Below, piece after piece: positions 27,799 through 32,552 of a stretch of 32,552 nt of DNA. The stretch's first letter is position 1. Each line of letters starts with the position of its first letter. The DNA is taken from the NCBI GenBank assembly GCA_002753335.1, contig PEAD01000009.1, positions 62,001 to 94,552 of the forward strand, given 5' to 3'. Source of the stretch: Nitrospirae bacterium MYbin3. GTDB lineage: Bacteria > Nitrospirota > Thermodesulfovibrionia > Thermodesulfovibrionales > Dissulfurispiraceae. The notes beneath the pieces are model-generated. The model saw only the letters and a list, made by a program, of their open reading frames with translations. It did not search any database and was not told the DNA's origin. The position numbers and the translations under genes were made by a program.

Positions 27799-29208
27799 TC
27801 ATATCTCCTCTATCCGAGTTACGGTTGCCAGCACCGGCATATTGAAATCCCTTTCGATTAGCTCAACCGATTTAATGGTGTCATCCATGTATTCGAAAAA
27901 GAAGGCCAAGCCAATTCCCAAGAAAGAGCCTACAAAAATCGAGAGAAAGAAATTAAGCATCACCTTGGGGCTGTATTTTTGGGTAGGAGGAACAGCCACA
28001 TCTATTAAAAACACGTTAGTACGATTCATGTCGCTCTGGAGCACCGTCTCGTTGAATTTTTTCAAAACAGCATCGTAAGTCTGTTTGAATGCTTCTGACT
28101 CCCTGTTAAGAGAATCCATCTGGTACCGCGATGTGTTCAGGTTAAGAGCCTCTCCTTTTTGTGCGTTCAACGCCTTTTCAAGGCTCTGTACCCTTCCTGA
28201 TGCAGCTTCGTATTCCTGTCTTATCGCACTTATTATATTTTGTATCTCGGTGTTAATCTTGGTGTTAATCGTCTGTAGTTCCGACTGCATTCTGCTGTAC
28301 TGCGGATGTTTTGTTCCGACTTTTGCAGACAGGTCAGAAAGACTTTTTTCGATCTTTACTTTTTCCATCTTTAGGCTGTTGATTAGGCTGTTGGATATAA
28401 CGTCTGGGATGCTGTCATAATTGCCTTTACTGTCTTCAATCCGTTTTATCGCCACCTTTGCCTCATATAGCTTTCCCTTTGCAACGATCATTTGGCTGTT
28501 TATTTGGTCTAGCCGTTGCACAGCATCATCGTAATAGCGGCCCTCCTGAGACACAAGCCCTTTCTTTTTCTGATACTCTCTAAGGTGTTCACTCGCTTTG
28601 TCAGCCTTGTCCTTTACATCTGTAAGCTTATCGGAGAACCATTTGCCTGCATCACGAAGAGGAATAAGCTTCAACTCAAGATTGTATTCCGTATAAACTT
28701 TCGCAAAGGCGTTGGCGGTGGCAGCCGAAAAGTCGGGGTCCGGAGAATAAAATTTAATGAACAAAAAACGTGCATCTCTCGCAGGCTCAACTTTTAAAGA
28801 TTTTGAAAGGAACGAATCCGCAAGCCACACTTTTATATCCAAATCTTTTTCTTTTTTCCAGAAAAAAATCGGATTCACTTTTTTTGATTTTTCAAACCTA
28901 TCGATAATTTCAGGTATTTTGTCCAGTTTGAGAAGTTCAACCACACCGACCGCAACCTTTCTGCTCTTTATGATTTCGATCTGTGTGTTCATGTATTCGA
29001 TGGACTGTAAAATTCCTGATCCCATAGCATACATGCCGATATTCATGGGATTGCTGCTGTCATAATCCAGTACCAATGTTGCGGTGGCTTCATATTTGGG
29101 CGGCCAAACAAACGAGATTATCAAGGTGGCTAACACCGTAGTAACAAAGGCGGTAATAACAATCATCCGCCTGTCCTTAATCACATTCCAGTAATAGTTA
29201 AAGTTCAT
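27799..29208 (-). CDS. epsF: EpsF-like polysaccharide chain-length determinant (Wzz/GumC/Wzc N-domain)
   Basis: Two TMs flanking a coiled-coil region, P.YEATA, TQIEIIKS, ANAFA..Y, KHPQ, AVPP...SPK, C-terminal EYMDDTIKS..IE...MPVLA activator segment. Confidence 0.88.
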   Translation of the reverse strand: MNFNYYWNVIKDRRMIVITAFVTTVLATLIISFVWPPKYEATATLVLDYDSSNPMNIGMYAMGSGILQSIEYMNTQIEIIKSRKVAVGVVELLKLDKIPEIIDRFEKSKKVNPIFFWKKEKDLDIKVWLADSFLSKSLKVEPARDARFLFIKFYSPDPDFSAATANAFAKVYTEYNLELKLIPLRDAGKWFSDKLTDVKDKADKASEHLREYQKKKGLVSQEGRYYDDAVQRLDQINSQMIVAKGKLYEAKVAIKRIEDSKGNYDSIPDVISNSLINSLKMEKVKIEKSLSDLSAKVGTKHPQYSRMQSELQTINTKINTEIQNIISAIRQEYEAASGRVQSLEKALNAQKGEALNLNTSRYQMDSLNRESEAFKQTYDAVLKKFNETVLQSDMNRTNVFLIDVAVPPTQKYSPKVMLNFFLSIFVGSFLGIGLAFFFEYMDDTIKSVELIERDFNMPVLATVTRIEEI

Positions 29209-29990
29209 TAAAAAAGGCTTTCCTTTACCATTATTACATCATCTATCTCGATAGTATCATCAAGTGTTCCATCCCGGACAACATCTTTATCGTTTGTTCT
29301 GCGTGTAATCTCAACCTTTTTCTTTGCTGCCTTTTGGTTAAAACCGCCAGCAAGCGCCACAGCCCTTTTGACCGTAAGCCCTTTTTCTATTCTGTATGCG
29401 CCAGGCCTGTTCACCTCTCCGTAAACATAGAAGAAGCCTTTGGGCACAAAGATTATGTCTTTGTCCTTCATCTGAATGTTCTCTTCAAGTTCGCCTTTTC
29501 TGAGAAGCCGGTCAAGATCGATCTGAAGCTTTTCGAGCTTAGGGTTGTCGCCGCTGCCCTTTCTGAAAAGAGTGATTATATATCCGGCATTCTGTGTTGT
29601 GCCTAAAGCCTTTGATATGATATCCAGGACATATGTTGGGCCTGTGATTTCGTACTGCCCAGGCTTGGAAACTTCGCCTATTATTGTTACGCGCTGTCCC
29701 ATGTATTGCTGAATCAGCACCGCCACTTGGGGATTAGTTATATACCCGCCCGACAGTTTTTCGGCTATCTTCTTTTCAACTTGTCTTGCAGTAAGATTTT
29801 TGATGTCTATTTCTCCAACAAGCGGAAAAGAAATTTTGCCGTCTTCGCTGACGCGCGTTTCGGTGGTTAGGTCCGGATGCTCATAAACAGTTATTTTAAG
29901 AAGATCCTGACTGCCGATGATATAATCCTGAGCAAATGACGGGCAGCTTATTGCAAAAAAAAGAAGGAATAGCAAAAAAATCTTTTTCAA
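29208..29990 (-). CDS. epsE: EpsE-like polysaccharide export protein (Wza/Poly_export plus SLBB domains)
   Basis: YIIG..DLLKITVY, VSEDGKISFPLVG, NPQV.V, GEVSKPGQY, YVYGEVNRPGAY, ALAGGF, C-terminal KESLF; TTG start after GGAG. Confidence 0.9.
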   Translation of the reverse strand: MKKIFLLFLLFFAISCPSFAQDYIIGSQDLLKITVYEHPDLTTETRVSEDGKISFPLVGEIDIKNLTARQVEKKIAEKLSGGYITNPQVAVLIQQYMGQRVTIIGEVSKPGQYEITGPTYVLDIISKALGTTQNAGYIITLFRKGSGDNPKLEKLQIDLDRLLRKGELEENIQMKDKDIIFVPKGFFYVYGEVNRPGAYRIEKGLTVKRAVALAGGFNQKAAKKKVEITRRTNDKDVVRDGTLDDTIEIDDVIMVKESLF

Positions 29991-30016
29991 TAAATTCTCC
30001 CCATAATGTTAGTGAT

Positions 30017-30057
30017 AACAAAAACAGCCATAACCTAAAACAAAAAAGTTATGGCTG
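30017..30057 (-). terminator. intrinsic terminator after the PEP-CTERM gene, just upstream of epsE
   Basis: Perfect 10-bp stem CAGCCATAAC/GTTATGGCTG (30025-30034 and 30048-30057) with a 13-nt loop, followed by TTTTTGTT on the minus strand. Confidence 0.7.
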
Positions 30058-30083
30058 CTGCAATTCAGACCTGCTTAAACAAA

Positions 30084-30647
30084 TCAACCCTTGGCAATAA
30101 ATCTCCGGAATCTTGCGGCAATAGGAAGCCCGAGAAGCCCAGCTCCTACCAGAGCCATGGATGTTGGCTCTGGCGCAACATTGCCGTAAAGCGTTGCGCG
30201 TCTCACCTTTTCTTTGTCATCCTCGTCTTTCAATATTAAGGCAAAAGAAAGCGGCGTCTTCTTTACATAACTTTCAAGAAGGGCTGCATTCAATGACTGC
30301 AATGCAGCACCGGTAAAATCAAATGTCTTGCCAAAATATATAGTTCCAAGCTGCTTAACTATATCTACATCATATTCAGTATGGCCGTCATGCATTGTTT
30401 TTGTTATAGAGGCAAGCCCAAAAGTCGCAGATCCCTTAAAGCTATCCCTAACATCGAACTTTAAATGCGCGTCTATAAATGTGCCGCTACTTGTGGGAAG
30501 CTGGTTTTTCCAGCCTAAATTATGGTCATCCTGAAAAAATGAGTAAGTTGAATCAGTATAGGAATAACTGGTAAGAGCAAATGCCTGCCCACAGATAAGT
30601 AAAACTAACGATACCGCTAAAATAGATATATGCTTCTTACTACACAT
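30084..30647 (-). CDS. PEP-CTERM sorting domain protein
   Basis: Signal peptide (…GQAFA), C-terminal VAPEPTSMALVGAGLLGLPIAARFRR (PEP, TM, basic tail); RBS AGGAGG. Confidence 0.92.
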   Translation of the reverse strand: MCSKKHISILAVSLVLLICGQAFALTSYSYTDSTYSFFQDDHNLGWKNQLPTSSGTFIDAHLKFDVRDSFKGSATFGLASITKTMHDGHTEYDVDIVKQLGTIYFGKTFDFTGAALQSLNAALLESYVKKTPLSFALILKDEDDKEKVRRATLYGNVAPEPTSMALVGAGLLGLPIAARFRRFIAKG

Positions 30648-30686
30648 TTTAATGCCTCCTAAAATGTTTTAAGACCTATTAGACAA

Positions 30687-30715
30687 ATTATAACTGTTTT
30701 TCCTTTTAAAATCAA
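30687..30715 (-). promoter_or_regulatory. sigma70-type promoter of the PEP-CTERM gene and possibly the eps operon
   Basis: TTGATT-N17-TATAAT on the minus strand, about 40 nt upstream of ATG 30647. Confidence 0.72.
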
Positions 30716-30727
30716 TTATCGCTAAGT

Positions 30728-31750
<1,023 letters not shown>

Positions 31751-31752
31751 TT

Positions 31753-31782
31753 ATTATGGCGCACATTCATAAGTCAAGTCAA
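31753..31782 (-). promoter_or_regulatory. possible sigma70 promoter for galE
   Basis: TTGACT-N18-CATAAT on the minus strand. Confidence 0.4.
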
Positions 31783-31808
31783 AACAACAAGTTTCATAAA
31801 TTGGCCTG

Positions 31809-31838
31809 TTGACAAAACAATCATTGTTTTAGTAATGT
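31809..31838 (+). promoter_or_regulatory. sigma70-type promoter with an operator-like palindrome in the spacer
   Basis: TTGACA at 31809-31814, candidate -10 TAATGT at 31833-31838 (18-nt spacer); perfect inverted repeat AAAACAAT-C-ATTGTTTT at 31814-31830. Confidence 0.6.
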
Positions 31839-31871
31839 TCACGAATTATTGTAAGTGTTGAGGTAAAATCG

Positions 31872-32447
31872 GTGAGTCAAAAAACAGTTCTTATTTTGTA
31901 CCTCCTATTATTTTTGTTGGTCTGCGGCATCGGAACTGCAAGTGCTATATCAATAACTTCTGATGTGCAAAGGCTTGGGTCTGAAAATTCTAATCTTTTT
32001 CATTATACCTATTCTGTCTATAATAACTCTGTTGAATCGATCTACTCGTTTAAGATTGACTTTAATTCATCCATATATAGGCTTATTTCTTCACCAGAAG
32101 CACCACTAGACTGGAACACCAGAATTGGGCAATACAAAACTAATTCTGGCAACCCCATTCCCGGATATTATCAGGCTTACACAATTGGAGCAGGAATTCT
32201 TCCGGGACAAACGCTATCAGGCTTTTCTGTTAATGTCAGTTTGACTCAGCCCTCAACTAGCATATTAACAAGTCCACATAGTTTTATAGCATCCACTTCT
32301 TCAGGCAATTCAATATCTGGCAGTGTTTCTTCATCAGTTGTTGCACCTGAACCAAGTACGCTAACGCTTATGAGCGCAGGATTTGGCAGTCTTGTTTTCC
32401 TAAGAAGAATCATCAAACCTAAAAAAACAAACCAGAATACTTTTTAG
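31872..32447 (+). CDS. PEP-CTERM sorting domain protein, Ser-rich
   Basis: GTG start after GAGG, signal peptide (…GTASA), ILPGQTLSGFS, Ser-rich linker, VAPEPSTLTLMSAGFGSLVFLRR. Confidence 0.92.
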   Translation: MSQKTVLILYLLLFLLVCGIGTASAISITSDVQRLGSENSNLFHYTYSVYNNSVESIYSFKIDFNSSIYRLISSPEAPLDWNTRIGQYKTNSGNPIPGYYQAYTIGAGILPGQTLSGFSVNVSLTQPSTSILTSPHSFIASTSSGNSISGSVSSSVVAPEPSTLTLMSAGFGSLVFLRRIIKPKKTNQNTF

Positions 32448-32552
32448 TCTGGTAATGTCAAAAGTTTCATGAAAAAAGAGATGCAAATATGAAAAGAGTA
32501 TGCAGTAGGAATTAGACGACGTAAGTAAGTGTGATTAAGCAGGCAAACTATG

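Noticed and set aside
32448..32552. AAGTTTCAT shared with 31789-31797, palindrome TTTCATGAAA, and a terminal ATG
   Set aside because: Too short and AT-rich to distinguish from chance, and any downstream gene is outside the window.

Overview
The window holds a short housekeeping block (C-terminal fragment of a probable NADH:flavin oxidoreductase, MTAP-family phosphorylase, panD, gatC, pcrA; 1-3649), followed by a ~28.7-kb exopolysaccharide and protein-sorting locus, nearly all on the minus strand. That locus resembles the exosortase B / methanolan (Eps) type. It encodes EpsE (Wza-like), EpsF/EpsG (split chain-length regulator and BY-kinase), an EpsD parvulin-like lipoprotein, gmd/fcl, exosortase plus EpsI, wecB, Wzy, Wzx, five glycosyltransferases, a priming sugar transferase, an EpsL-like outer-membrane barrel, galE and two PEP-CTERM substrates. 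An AT-rich central cassette carries several candidate glycan-tailoring enzymes: a UGM-like flavoenzyme, a methyltransferase, a CapK-like adenylating enzyme, a GH5 glycanase and a radical SAM enzyme wedged between two GT4 genes. The most notable observations are that radical SAM/GT module, a tandem MshEN-like repeat on an EpsG kinase with no C-terminal Tyr cluster, an antisense vanZ-like gene bracketed by a duplicated promoter-like motif, and sigma70-type promoters (one with a perfect palindrome) at the PEP-CTERM genes. The host is a diderm bacterium; Nitrospirota or Desulfobacterota-like is only my impression. All family calls come from motif recognition, not database searches.
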